Shown: positions 26,401 through 39,099 of the stretch, piece by piece
Position numbering within the stretch: the stretch's first letter is position 1
How the letters are laid out: each line of letters begins with the position of its first letter
Origin: Takakia lepidozioides
Lineage: Eukaryota > Plantae > Bryophyta
Assembly: GCA_030704615.1 (NCBI GenBank)
Contig: CM060733.1
Location: forward strand, 59,892,001-59,956,000
Direction of reading: 5' to 3'
Length of the DNA stretch: 64,000 nt
Translations under genes and position numbers: made by a program
Notes under the pieces: model-generated
What the model saw: only the letters and a program-made list of their open reading frames with translations
Databases searched by the model: none
Told to the model about the DNA's origin: nothing

Positions 26401-29143
26401 CACTTGATCCTTGGCTGAATAGAAGGACTTTTTGGTGGCAGGTACATATACAATCACTATCTTCTCAATGCAATTAATTCATTTTGTTGATGACACATTA
26501 ACATAGTTATTTAACTGACTGTATTTTCTGGCAGCTTTGCAAGGTTGCCTTGGCTCAGTTTGCCTTGTACACCACTCAGCTTGGCCAATTTCATGTTGCC
26601 TTGGAGGAAAGAGAGAGTGAGAGTCTGGGAGACTACATGGATACCTGGAAGATGACTCATTTCAATGAGTTGTTTCATAGAGAGTTCTCATTGCCAAAGG
26701 GGCCATTCATAGGCAATGATTGGGAACAACAAACAGGTGGGGAGAAGGTGGTGAGACGGATTTTATTCAGGTACCATCTTTCCATTGCATTGTACATGGA
26801 TAGTGTATACACCTTGTAAGTCAAAAATGTCTATGCTTCAAGTATTTTTCTAGTACATTGGGATATACATGTTTCTTAATGTGCTTGTTCAATTGTTGAA
26901 CAGGTTGCATAAATATTTGTCTCCACAAAAACTTAGAATGTGTTTGTATTTTAGGTACATGAGATTTGTGCTTGTACTGAGTGATCGACTTAAGGCTGAG
27001 CCCAAGTTTCTGATGGCCTGGAAGTTTGGTGCTCAACAAGCTTCCATGTACACACCTGCAATTGAGGAAGATTGGGGTGTGGAACACCGGGAAGGGGGGG
27101 GGGTTGGTATTTGGATATGCCCAAGGGTACTATCCCCTATGCAGAAATGGGACTTCATAAGGAATGTGTTCGCAGGCAGTCAGTGAGTGATGAAGGGGTA
27201 TCTCCACTGAAGTCCATGTTCTTGATCTGGAGCATGCAGAACAGATTGCTACACAGGCCGCTGACGTTGTAGCCCAAGTGGTCCCTGCCGTTGTGGGTGT
27301 ACCAAAACGCAAATCACGAAAAAGAAAAGATGCGGATGTCAATGCAGGTGTGGCCCCCAATGCAGGTGTGGCTTCTATTGTTGGTCCTATTGGTAGTTCT
27401 TCACATCCTTCAAATCAGTTGGTTGTAGTGCCTGCACCTACTACTCGAGGAAACAAGCCAAAGGCAGGCGAACATCCTTACAGTGCAGTGTCATTTTCTG
27501 GTGGTGCACCTAGCATGTATCGCATGAAGATCATGCCTACTCATTTCATTGATATGGTGGAGGCCTCAAGTACATCTCCTGATGCGACCTTGAAAGAGCT
27601 CATGGAGTTCTTAAAAAATGTGAGTTTCCCCCAACAAACAAACTTGAATGTAAGGAATTCTTCGATGTTTTTATATCCTCATCATCCGGCTATTGACTCC
27701 TACATTTTCTGTATGTTGTTTGCAGTTGCCAGGAACTTGGTCTAGTGTTGTGGATGGAAAAAGCGTGCATGTGGCTGTGGACATGATCATCGTGGACTGC
27801 CCAACAGGAATGCCTGTACAGGGCTGTTTGGATGGTGTACAGGTTCCTCCCTGGAATGCTTTTGATAAACGGTATTGGGAGTATGCATTCTCCATTGCTA
27901 ATGACTTGTTGGATGACAATGGATGCTTGGTGTTCTTGCAGGGCTCCGATGATTCCTTTGCATTGGAGCTCTTTTCTTACTCCAGGGGCAGCTCTATTTC
28001 CGTATTATCAAGGAAATATACTTGCATCAATACCACCCCTCTACACACTCAGACAGGAAAGGTAAAAATCATCCTTCTTCAATATCTCATTGTTTGATGT
28101 TTCATCTTCCTACTCTCATACATATTATTAAACCATCCGGGTGCACTATTTTTGTGGAAATGGCACGTCTAACATACCATGTTCTTCCACGCCCATGTCC
28201 TCACCAAGCAAGGAGGACTATTCAAACTGCGTGAGTCTGGCAAAGTTGTGGACCCCCTTGCAGACCCTGTTGAGTTGGATGCCATCTACAACCACATTCC
28301 AGATGTTGCACTACCCATGCAAACTCCTCAACAAGCCTGGAGGGGTGCGCGAGACCGTAGTCCCGCCTTCATGCAAGTGTTGTTGGAGACATGCTCACCT
28401 CCTGGCTCCCGCATTTTGGATCTCACAGCTGGCACAGGTTTGCATTGGTCTCCATTTTGTAATTAAAATCTTCTGAGCTGATTCATGATCATTAACTGTT
28501 ATCCGATATAATATCATCATTGCATGTTTTTTTCCTGCAAGTTCTACATTTATTGCTGCTCGCGAGTCTGGACGTCTCGTATTTGGTCTTGAGGGGGACC
28601 AGACGTTGTATGCAGCACGTCTCTCTGCACTTCAAAATACTCAACCCGTTTTGGTTTCATCTGTGGTAACTCCAACCATTCAACGTCCTGTGAGTTTGTT
28701 GGAACCCCCCGCTCCTAAGGTGGCGCGCAAGCTTGGTCTTCATCTCGGCAGTACTTCCTAGTGAGTATGTCTCGCCTCCATTCCCTTTGTTGCAATCTCT
28801 ATATTATTTGCAAAGCAAACCATTCCCATTTGATTTGTTAACATAAGTATACATGTATGTGTGATGCAGTGATGGGATTGTGCGGACCATCTACGATAGT
28901 CTACCCCAAAGTCCTCTTTCATCGTTTTATCTACCTTCGTATGCCGAGTCCCAAGCTTTGCATTTAATACATCAACAACGTGATGTAGGTCTTTCCAATG
29001 ATATGTTGTTTGACCGAAGAGCAGCTATTGTTGGACAATCCGTGGATAGGTTGCGTAGAGTTGAGGCTTTCATGGATGTGTATGCCTCTGAATCACAGGC
29101 TTATGACACGGATGATGAAGTATCAGCTGATGATGTTATGTAG
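23491..29143 (+). pseudogene. Spliced ParB/Srx-like domain + beta-class N4C/N6A DNA methyltransferase fusion gene
   Basis: Exons ~23491-23568, 24991-25634, 25748-25937, 26032-26441, 26535-26770, 26955-27619, 27726-28061, ~28140-28437, 28541-28760, 28870-29143. FHVWDGNHRLQAW is the ParB/Srx signature. VDMIIVDCPT sits at the motif IV (DPPY) position. RSPAFMQVLLETCSPPGSRILDLTAGTG|STFIAARESGRLVFGLEGD matches motifs X-I-II of N6_N4_Mtase. In-frame TGAs in exons 1 and 2, frameshifts and two mutated acceptors. Confidence 0.85.
23655..24790. repeat. Array of ~11 exact or degenerate CGCCGGCG/CGTCGGCG palindromes within ~70-125 bp imperfect tandem units (intron 1 of the ParB-MTase gene)
   Basis: Copies near 23660, 23732, 23800, 23928, 24053, 24127, 24337, 24412, 24496, 24665 and 24761. 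Confidence 0.9.
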
Positions 29144-29509
29144 GTAATTAGAAATTACATATACAATACATTGTCCTCATTGTCAGTCCGAATTTTTTGT
29201 TATTTTTTATGATACATGTATTTCTTTCTAGTGTAAGGTAAAACAAATGAGGCAAATGACATGGTGTTGAAATCAGATTTCATGTTATCTTCCTGTCATT
29301 TGATTTATCTATGTAATAGTTTGTACATAGATCTCTACTGCATTTCATAGATCCCTTTACCTTAATGCAAGTTCGACATGCACTTCAGCACTATCAAATT
29401 TCATCATTAGTAAGATCAACCCTTATGAGTATTGTGGCATGTTATGTACACACAGGGTGACTATCTTTATCTCATTAGTGTTTCATTTCATTAGTGTTTC
29501 AAGTTTGAA

Positions 29510-29570
29510 TGGGTAGTGTAGTGGTATGAACTAGGCTTGACACCCGATAGGTTGTGGGTTCTATCTTTGA
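29510..29570 (+). other. tRNA-like remnant (A/B boxes)
   Basis: GGTAGTGTAGTGGTA...GGTTGTGGGTTCTATC; degenerate. Confidence 0.4.
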
Positions 29571-31059
29571 TGGACATTATGTTTTTGTAAAATAAAAATG
29601 TTTCAGAAGATAGATATATAGATACTGCAAAACCTATGTAACAAGCTCCCTAGCATTGTCAAGCTCCCTAGCATTCCCTTAGCATTGCTCCATTCTGAAC
29701 TTCAAACTAGACTCCCACCATTGGAAGAGCCCGTACCTTCACCATTTGTATCTAACAAAGAGCCGTGCCTCGTCACTTTTTAATTTTTTGACCTTTTTTC
29801 TCATGTTGGAAAGCCATAAAAGCAACATGTTCCTCTCCCATTCCTACACTCACCCATGTGGAATAATAATACAATGAATATGGAATATTCTATATGGAAT
29901 ATTCTTATTCCATCCTTTGATATTTTGACTATGGACCCTAAGATTAGATGAATCACAATTTTATTTTATTTTTTGGGTACCCTTATTTAAGTGTTGTGCA
30001 TATAAAATTGTTCCTATGCATATCTAAAATTTGTATGCATGCATACATTCCTCCATATGCATGCATTTGTGTGCGCATATAGTATAGGCTACCTCTCGGG
30101 TGACGAGGGCTGGATGAATGGCCAGGAGATGAAGGTGCGAGGAAACAGTTCATCCAAACTAAATCAAGGATGAATGACCAACGAAGTAACGGGGAAAAAA
30201 TCTGTTCATTGGGTAGATTCATGGGGAGTGATGGATGGAGAAGGGATCAGCTGGCAAAATTGGATGAACTGGTAAAGTTCATCCAACTAGTGACAAACTG
30301 GTAGTTGGCAGATTATTATAACAGAACAGTAGCTAAACTAAGGCCTTTGTCGTATGCATGCAGCTTGAAAGGGGGAGTAATACCCACAAGTTTGCATTAA
30401 GACCTTAGAGAGAAGTTCACGTGACACCAGCATGGCAAATTTATGAAATAGTCAACGCACCGTTCGGTGGAAGGGTGGCTGAAGGGGATTTAGGAGTGAA
30501 GGATGGAGGAAGAAAGAGCTTTTTGGCATGACTGAAAGTAGGAAAAGCGTGAGATGGAGAACACGGAGGTGGTATGGAGGTGGTGTTGGCAGTAAAATGG
30601 AGCGAGATGTTGGTGCTATGCATGCTCTTGTAGACTGAAAGTGGAAGCATTGTAAATTAGGAGTCATGTTTTCTCTTCAGCGATGAGTGTTGCTCAAGAA
30701 TGAGAGTGGTATGTAGTCTGAAAACGAGTGCGTGAAGGAGTCTTCTTTGTCGTGAACTTGTAAGAACTTCATACGTCAAGCACCAAGTATCATGTAGTCC
30801 AACCTGTTGGGGCAGATTGACAGTGCAGCCATGAGAACTGGGATGTAACGATCAGATCAGGAAGGTGGAACGTGCGAGTACACGGATCAAATGAACCATC
30901 TAGTGCTGACTTCTTTTGCTTTGGATGAATTAAAAGAAAACAAATAAACAGCAAAAAGAGTAATTGTGAAAGCGTAGAGAGAAGGGAAAGAGAAATAGCT
31001 AGGGGACTGGATGTTGTTTTCCTCTTCCGCTGCAGCAGCATCTATTCCTTGAGCACTAA

Positions 31060-34000
31060 TGAAGTGGGACATGTGACAGCAAGAAATACAAGGAGCCCCT
31101 CTTTTGCTCTACAACGCATCGTTACAAAATCCGGACAAGTGCACGTAGGAAAATTCCCCACGGTAACCTGATATTCTTTGCCATGAAGAACTGAGCTAAT
31201 AGACAGCACTGTGTAAATCCGTCCATACCCCGGGGCAGGGACTTCGGTGATACGAATCACTCGAGCCTGCAAAATTCTAGCCGATTCCATCTTGCAGTCG
31301 TGATCTGCACCCAAAGCGACACGGCGCACTGTTTTTCCATCTCTTTTTGTTGGGTGGGAGTCGGCACCGGGTGGAGGCATTGCCGGAGCATGTGGCACAT
31401 CTGTGCCCACAGTGCATGAGGGCACCACCCGGGACCGTGCAAGACGGAACCCTCCCTCCTCCAGCATGCATATCTCGGTTGATGACAGCGACGTCCCAAG
31501 TTTCACAGGCCAAATTACGGGGGGAGGGGGCTTCATTATCACCGAAGGACGAACTGTTCCCTTGACGCATCATGCCATATCGTCTGGGCAGAACCAGAAC
31601 TTGTGCTCCTTTGACTCCCCACTATGATAAGGTCGGAACAACCCTGTGAATGCTGGAGTCCCCCTGGAGCCTTTGCATATTTTTTATTTGCATTTCTTGA
31701 AAGAGGGGGTCCGAATTGCCATGCAAGCCACTCTAGATCCTGGTGGGGTGCGTTCTATATGCCACTCACTATCAATGCAATCAGATTCATGCACCAAGGA
31801 CACCACCTCCTCCAATGGGATTCCTGCTGTTGTGCTTGCATGATCTGCACCTGCTCCACTGGAAGAGGACCCACCTGGAAAGGGGCGGGCACACGACTTA
31901 GTCTGCACCGGAGACACCTTTGGCATAGAGAAATTGTCCCTGTCCGGCCGATGGGAATCTCCATCCGACCCTGGAGGAGTGTTCAATTTCCTTTTGCATG
32001 ATCCAAATCTTTCCTCGACTTCCAAATGGGGGACCCTGGATTGCAAAGGGGAGCCTTCAGTGCACCTGTTCAGAGCTCTGGCCATCTTCGATGGGTCTCC
32101 GGACCTACTCGCAGCCCTTAGCATCAACAAAGTCGTATCAGGGCCCTTGCCTCTGCCCCGTCCCATCAGAAAATTGTGGTACCTGGTTTGTTGTGTAAGT
32201 GCCCGCACCATGTCATCAGCAGTGGTCACATACAAGTCACGTCCCGCTTTGGTAGACTGCTGCATCCAGGCGTTGTGAACAGTCTCCGCCAAATTACAGG
32301 ATGGCATGTCGGCCAAGTCCTCCAAGGACATGTCCTGCAAGAGGCATTGCATGCAAATGTGAGGAACGAAAGGAAATGCAAGAGGTTCTGCAAGTGATAA
32401 TTCAACAACCCCAAATGAACAGGCACGATGCAAAGTGAAATTTGTATTTCTGGGATTGAAGAGGCTTACAGTCATCATGAAAGCTCCCCACTGTCTGTAC
32501 CTGAAGTGCCAGAAAACCAACCAGTCCTCCAACTCCTTCAGGTGGATACCAGTAGCAGCACCAGAGGAGAACCACCAAGCCCGGATTGCTTGGTAAGTGC
32601 TCTCAGCTTCTCCCATTGAGGTGGCATTTTTGTACTTGAGGCAGAGCCTTCTGTGCTCTAACTGAAGGTCAGGGTGAATGCAACGCTTTGTATGACGTGC
32701 CAGAGATTGACTCCAATGGAAGAGGCATGTGCGCTCCCTATTTTCCATTGGGACCTTAGGATCCCCTGAACCAAACACGTGCCGCACTGCATTGAAATTT
32801 GCCTGTGCACTATCAGCTATGAAGCCCGCAAAATTTGTGTTCTGCATTCCATTGCGCTGCATGACGGCTAGGAGCGAATTCCACATGAGCATCTGGGATT
32901 CAGTGTCCTCCGACTGCATATCACAAATTGCTATGGAGAGCATACACTGGTACGCTGGATCGTACACATGGCACGCCATGGTTGTCCAACCCTTCACCCG
33001 TTTGCAGTGATCAAACATTAAACAACATTTAGCCAAATCTCCTCCAGGTTGCATTCGGCGGACTATGCTCACACCACTGCCTTTGCCCACTGTGGACATC
33101 TTGAACAAATACACCTTGGACGAGCCCTGGCCAAGGAAGATATTGTTTTGAATGAATTCATAGCGACTCCTCCGTTTGAGGTCCATAATGTTGTCCATGA
33201 AGCCAACACTGCCTGTGCCCATTCTGAGTGCATTCACCTGGTTTCGAATATTGGGAGAGCTCAACACGGAGAAATGGTCCATCACTGCATCAAGCGAATC
33301 TGCATCCAGCATTGGTTGTGTCGCATCCCCTTCACCCAGTATGTGTTTTTCCAGGAATGTCTTGTTAGCTGCAAGGGCTATAGCAGAAGGTGTTGCACAA
33401 GGGGCATTGTGGAACTCCTGCTTCAGCAGATTTCTAGCGATGTCCACGCTATCCCTGCAACTTTTTTTTGACACAAGATGCTCGTGTGTACCCATATGAA
33501 TGCAGGCACGAGTCATTGTCTTGCATCGGTGTGCCACCTGGTACATACAAGTGTGGCACACAGAAACACCAGACGGGGAAAGTTTGCAGAACCTGCACAC
33601 AAAAGTATTGGTCTTGGGAGGGGCAAGCTTTGGGATGAAAGGATTCAGGGGCACACCTTCCCACTCACTTTCGTTTGGTTTAGCGCTATTTCTCAGGCGA
33701 GGGCAAGAAATATTGACACACTTACAATGCCCAACGCAAACCGACCTTCGAAATTTCAATCCAATGTCGTTGTGGATGTTCGATGTTTTTGTCCTGCACC
33801 AAGGGTGTCCGTCATGTTTCTTGTCCATGCCCTGCAGAAGCCCAGCTAGTCCACTGGAAGACGTGGGAGGGTTGAGCTCAAACAAGATGTCCCCATCAAA
33901 CTCTGCTGGCACATATTAAACCCGCTGCACCCGAAATGACTCCCAATCAATAAAATGCAGCTCGCTCTTGCACCCAGGCACCCCTGTGAGGGCTTTCAAT

Positions 34001-34491
34001 TTTGGAATGACACTCGTTATCTCCTGCAATTCGTCATCATCCAAGAATGGAGTCTGCACTGGCGGAGGAATCTCATAAACATCCTCCGAGGACGAGTCTG
34101 AAAGAGTCACGAATGTAGTGGATGTGCTCACATCTTGTTTCACATGAACTATGTCCTTCTGCTACACGACCGATGCTGCAGTGCCAAGGGTAACTACTGA
34201 TCCTGCTGATTGTCTTCTCTCTTTTCCAAGGACCCGGTATGTTCCTGGAAGGACTCTCCACTTCCTTCCACACTCGCCAACCAATGGTCTCTCCAAGTGT
34301 CCAGAATCCAAATTCCCATCCTCGTCATACACCTTTTTTTTAACAAGCAGAGAACCCAATTCCAGAGGGAACACTATAACCTGCTCATCCTCAGGAACAA
34401 CTGCAAACCCATCGTCATCTACAGTGGCAGTCAATGGAAGACTACCTGCATTGGAATGAAATCGAGTGAGTCTATCTTCCTCCCTGGACAT
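31060..34491 (-). pseudogene. Mutator-like DDE transposase with N-terminal GCM-like Zn domain and C-terminal SWIM finger
   Basis: DGHPW...CVGHCKC.N..CP...CRFC...HMGTHEH (GCM/WRKY-like); FDHCKRVKGWTTMACHVYD, FIADSAQAN, TCLFHW and NLAETVH (MULE catalytic core); YQVTVGNFPTCTCPDF (SWIM). The 742-aa ORF 33912-31684 reads through an in-frame intron (~32336-32470). Stops and frameshifts lie on both sides. Confidence 0.85.
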
Positions 34492-35974
34492 GTTTTCCTA
34501 CACTGACCCAAAGTTGCGATCCACAAAGGGTCCCCCGAACTGATAGCCCGCAATTCTCGAAAGGGGATCCACCCCAAATGAATTGGGGTGAATAAGGGTA
34601 GCACTGACCCAAAGACTGCGGGCGATGCATGCATCGGATGTAAGAATGACATGCACGGCGAAAGTCTGTACCGAACTTCGCAGTCAGCCACACTGAGAGA
34701 CACCAACCAGAAAAACTATTTTCAAAGACAAGAAGCCACAAGAAGCCGTGCTGTATTTGGATGAAAAGCAAACCCTGAACATGACATGAAACCATCCATT
34801 ATGGAAAGACGGCAACGACCCTGGAGACCAGTAAACAGGAAACCCCGAATCTAATGAGGTTGTGCTGTGCCAGAAGAGCACAGCACAAACACTGACACTC
34901 CGGGGGATACCTCGCACGAATGTGTGCAACACATCACCATTGCCGACACAAACCTTTATACCGAATGACCCCATTGCGACGGTGAAGGCGAAATGCAAAC
35001 CGCAGGGTAGGCAGTACAACATACGTGGATACATATGTGAAGCATCACAATTATTGCGAATCTGCAAGTACTGCTCGAAATTGAACTAGCAATAGATTAT
35101 TACGACACTTCCGAATTTGAAAGAATGCGAGAAGGCTGTCATGTGTTGGCAGCCGGCGAAGTACATCTGACATATATCACAAGTACATGCAACGGCATTG
35201 GAAGTGCCACCATTTTTTTTCTTGGATAATACAAAGACGCAAAAATGGATGAATTTCGTTCGCACACAATGATGACACCCGCATCCAAATACGGTTAACA
35301 ATGTCCAATTTTTATTTTGGATACATGCCAAAGCAACCCTTGTTGCAAACGTCAAACTGGAGAGCTCTAGAGGCAGCGTGAGGAGCCCTTGTTTCCACCG
35401 GAGGAGGAAGAGAAGGAAGTCGTTATACTTTACGAGCACTAGGGACAGGAATAGAGCCAGACATAGAATGAGGATGGAAAGAGTAGACGAAGAGGAAAAG
35501 GAGGAAGAAGATGGCAAAGAGGAAAGTTTGGCGATGGAAGAGCCGGATTCTGGAGAAGAACAGCAGTCCGCCATACTTCCGAGAACAGGTGAGGAGGAGA
35601 CTGCATCCGAGGGAGAGACGGACGTCGAAGATGATGTTGATGCTGGCCTCACGAAGAAGCAGATAGTGGAAAAGAGGATGGGGGAGATGCTCCAGAACAT
35701 GCTCGGCGTAGAGAGCAGTCTGAAGCGCAAAGGGTCTCCGGCGTTTGGGGAGTCTTCTGGAACAGCCAAAAAAAATGTACAAGTTCTAGTTATCATTCCT
35801 GACGTGACGTGGCGCTGACACGTCGGCCATCACATCAAGTCGAATCCGGACGTTTACCGATGTAACTTTTTTTACATTTGACTTTTACGATTTACTTCTA
35901 CCCTTTGTAATGACATGGCAACCACGGTGTAAAACAGACGGCCAATTATTAATATTTATTAATTCTTCTTATGA

Positions 35975-36340
35975 GTCCGCCTATATTGGCGATCGCATAT
36001 AATTTATTATTTTTAATAAAAAGCGACCGCCCATATTGGCGGTCGCCTGTAATTTATTTATTTTTAAATGAAGCGATCGCCCATATTGGCGGTCGCCCGT
36101 AATTTATTTATTTATAAATGAAACGACCACCCATATTGGCGGTCGCCCGTAATTTATTTATTTATAAATGAAGCGACCGCCCATATTGGCGGTCGTCCGT
36201 AATTTATTTATTTTTAAATGAAGCGACCACCCATATTGGCGGTCGTTTGTATTTTATTACATTTTAAAATAAGGGACCGCCTACATTAGCTATGTGGCGG
36301 GCGCTCTTCTTGTTTTTATAAATATAGCGACCGTCATGCA
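35975..36340. repeat. Palindrome array A: 50-bp tandem units with GCGACCGCC-CATATT-GGCGGTCGC
   Basis: Units start at 36021, 36071, 36121, 36171, 36221 and 36271, with AT-rich linkers. Confidence 0.95.
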
Positions 36341-36484
36341 GCGGTCGCGTGTTTTTTTTTTTCTTAGAAATCCAGGGACCCGCCGTGTGGTGTTTTGTTT
36401 TTATATTTTTAATCATGAAGCGGCACCTCGGCCAGCCACGTGGCGAGGTGCCACGGGTCAGGAAAAACGAAACAAATGGGATGG

Positions 36485-36550
36485 GGGGAGGTGGTTTTGA
36501 ACCCTTGACCTCTCCCATGTGGGTGTGCGTGGCGAAGTGCGACTGGCTAG
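36485..36550 (-). other. tRNA-like remnant (B box GGGTTCAAAACC)
   Basis: Reverse complement TAGCCAGTCG...GAGGTCAAGGGTTCAAAACC; degenerate. Confidence 0.3.
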
Positions 36551-37053
36551 TCGCGCCGCGCTGACACGTGGTGAGGCGCCACTGGCCTGTCGCATCTTTT
36601 CAAGCATAATGCCATTTTTATTTTTTTTTGCTGCTCCATTCCCCCCTCATTTTCTAATCATTTTTGCCCCTCTTGTGGTGCGGTTCCTTGGCATCCTGTA
36701 GTCTTTTCGGACTTCGTTGCTTGGCACTGCCAACGGGAGGTGCAAAGGTGATTATTTGGGGGGGGAGGTTTTGTCGGTTTTCTATTGGTCAGTCCCACAC
36801 ATTTGTTCACGGTACAATCATCGTATCACCATTTTGCCATTTCCGGATCTCCGGCGGCCTGTTTCTTTGCAGAAAACTACGAAGACACCATCCACACGCG
36901 TTCATTGCCATTTTTCTGAGGTTTTGGACCCTGTAGTGGGCAAAAGTTTATACAATGTCGGGGGTTGTGAATTCAAGTTTTGGGGCGTGATCGTCTGGGG
37001 GGCGGAGGAAGAGAAAACGTGCCCACAAGCGGGATAGCCAGGTCAACAAGTCA

Positions 37054-38420
37054 GACTACCCGGGACCGGATGCCTTGGATAGGGTGAAAGAAGTGGTAGC
37101 GGATTATTTCAAGGGTAGGGACATGATGAGGCTGGAGAGTGCTTATGTTAGGCATGGATGGGATGGGTTTCAGATTTTTCAGCAAAATATGGAGTGGAAA
37201 ATGACAAACGCTTCGGCGGGGGCTAAGTGGACGGCGGACATGGACAACCCGAAGTTCAATCGGTGGATCCAAAGCAGGGCGAAAGACGTCACGTAGAATT
37301 TGAGGCAGCTAATGAAGACATGGAAGGATAAAACAACCGAGGGTCGAGTGCCCTCCGCCGAAGCTGAGTTAATGCGGCATGTTGAGTATTGGGCTTGCTC
37401 GGCAAGTCAGAATTTACATTGCCGGACTAGGGTTGTCTCTTGGAAGGCGGGGTCATCGGGCGGGGGAGGCACAACTGGTCTTTATTACCTGAACTCTACT
37501 GCGAAGGTGGTAGAGATTGGCCCTTACAAAGAAGGAGGGTATACTAAGGTCCGTCACTCTAGGATTGTTGGCGATTCTAGAATACCGGAGCGTTAGGAGC
37601 TAACGGGAAAAAAACCCAAGTCCAAAAATCCAGAAAAGGCGTTGAGACAACATAACGACGAGTGTTTGGCAGTGAAGTTCCAACATCCGGGTGTTATCTC
37701 GTATTTTGCTGTGAATGCACGTGAGGTAGAGGGTTACACTCACTGGTGGAATGGGGGGACAATACGCGACATGATGAACCTTGACAGAAAATGAGGCAAC
37801 GATTCGGACAACAGGATGATTTTGGAACAAAGGGGAACGGAAGCAGAGTTCCAGGAATGCGATCGCTTGCTTCGTTTCCGGAAAGTGCGCAGTAAACTTG
37901 CATGGGCACTGGTGTGCATCATGGATGTTGTCCACAAGAACGGTGTCATGCACAACGACTTGTCCCTCGACAACATCTTGTTGCATTTTCCAGATGACAC
38001 CGAGGAGATCAAGATTGGGGTGTGTGATTGGGGCTTAGCCACCCCATTGGGCGTACGCAAAGCTTCGTCGTACCAGTTTGAAAACCAAGACAAGCTGGAC
38101 CGGGAACTCGCGAAAAGATGGTGGGTGGAAAAAGATATTGCATCGGTTTTCAATGTGAGTACTACCCCCCCCCCCCCTAGGACATGACGTCAGAGGGCTT
38201 TGTCTTTGGGAAGATAGCGGTACAAATAAATGGCGGCGCTCATTATAATTAAAGTATGTTCCAGGACCAATTTACGGGAGGTTGTTGGCATTCAATACTA
38301 CAAAGGTTGTACGACAACAACAAGAATGAGATAGTCACATTAGCCCATGTAGTACTTCGGTTCATGGCAAGCCATTCAATTGGCCTGAGCCGAAAGACGT
38401 ATATAGGACGGAGTAGACCA
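37054..38420 (+). pseudogene. Intronless protein kinase-like cargo gene
   Basis: One frame with internal stops: EGGYTKV (Gly loop), QHPGVI, HWWNGGT, VMHNDLSLDNILLHF (catalytic loop), VCDWGLA (DFG equivalent). Frameshift at the poly-C near 38165. Confidence 0.85.
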
Positions 38421-38495
38421 TAATCTCGTAGATATGAGATTTCTGGCAGTACAATGGTTCTTTTATGAAGACATAACTCAATTTTGATCGTGCAT

Positions 38496-39034
38496 GTAAT
38501 AAATAAAGTCTCATTGTAAATACTACATTGCATATGCTCGACCCTGACACATGTCATCGCAACATAAATGGTTTGTGTACTGGCTCACTGTTTATATTTG
38601 TAATGTTTCAAGGTTTCGGATAGGGTTATGAGAAAACAATGTATAAGTTCCGTATGAGTTAGACAACAAACGTCTCATCTCATTCAACTGTGCGACACTA
38701 CCATGAGAGGCATGGATCGGAAAGTAATAGGTGCACATGCGACCTCCGAACGTTTGATACTAGGTCTCTACTTAAACGTGCGAAGGTCGCATGTACACCT
38801 ATTATTTTTTTATCCATGTCACTCATGGTAGTATCGCACAGTTGAATAAGATATGGAACGTTTGTTGTCTAACTCATATGGATCCAATATATCATTTTCT
38901 CAGTACCCTGTCAGAAACATTGAAACATTCGCAGTTACAAACAGTGCCACAATACACGGCCGGTTTTGTTGAAATGACATTTGTGAGGTTCGAGCGCATG
39001 CAATTTATTATTTACAACAGAATTTTATTTACTC
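38496..39034. repeat. Long fold-back inverted repeat (arms ~260 bp, loop ~12 bp at ~38765)
   Basis: For example TATGAGTTAGACAACAAACGT pairs with ACGTTTGTTGTCTAACTCATA, and TAATAGGTG.ACATGCGACCT with AGGTCGCATGTACACCTATTA. Pairing continues outward with more mismatches. Confidence 0.9.
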
Positions 39035-39099
39035 GGAGGACCGGTACTGCTGTTGGAGCGCAACTGATGGTGCGAGTTCTCTATTGATTGAAACTGTCA

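Noticed and set aside
23491-29143. Bacterial contamination as the source of the ParB-MTase
   Set aside because: The gene is split by spliceosomal GT-AG introns, including one inside motif I, and is contiguous with eukaryotic MULE and hAT sequence.
30260-30291. Helitron 3' end (hairpin followed by CTAG)
   Set aside because: The hairpin abuts CTAG without the usual spacer and no 5' end or Rep/Hel sequence is evident.
35086-35818. 236-aa Ser-rich ORF and the opposite acidic ORF as independent genes
   Set aside because: Low complexity with no recognisable domain. It may be a 5' exon of the transposase transcript, but this cannot be supported.
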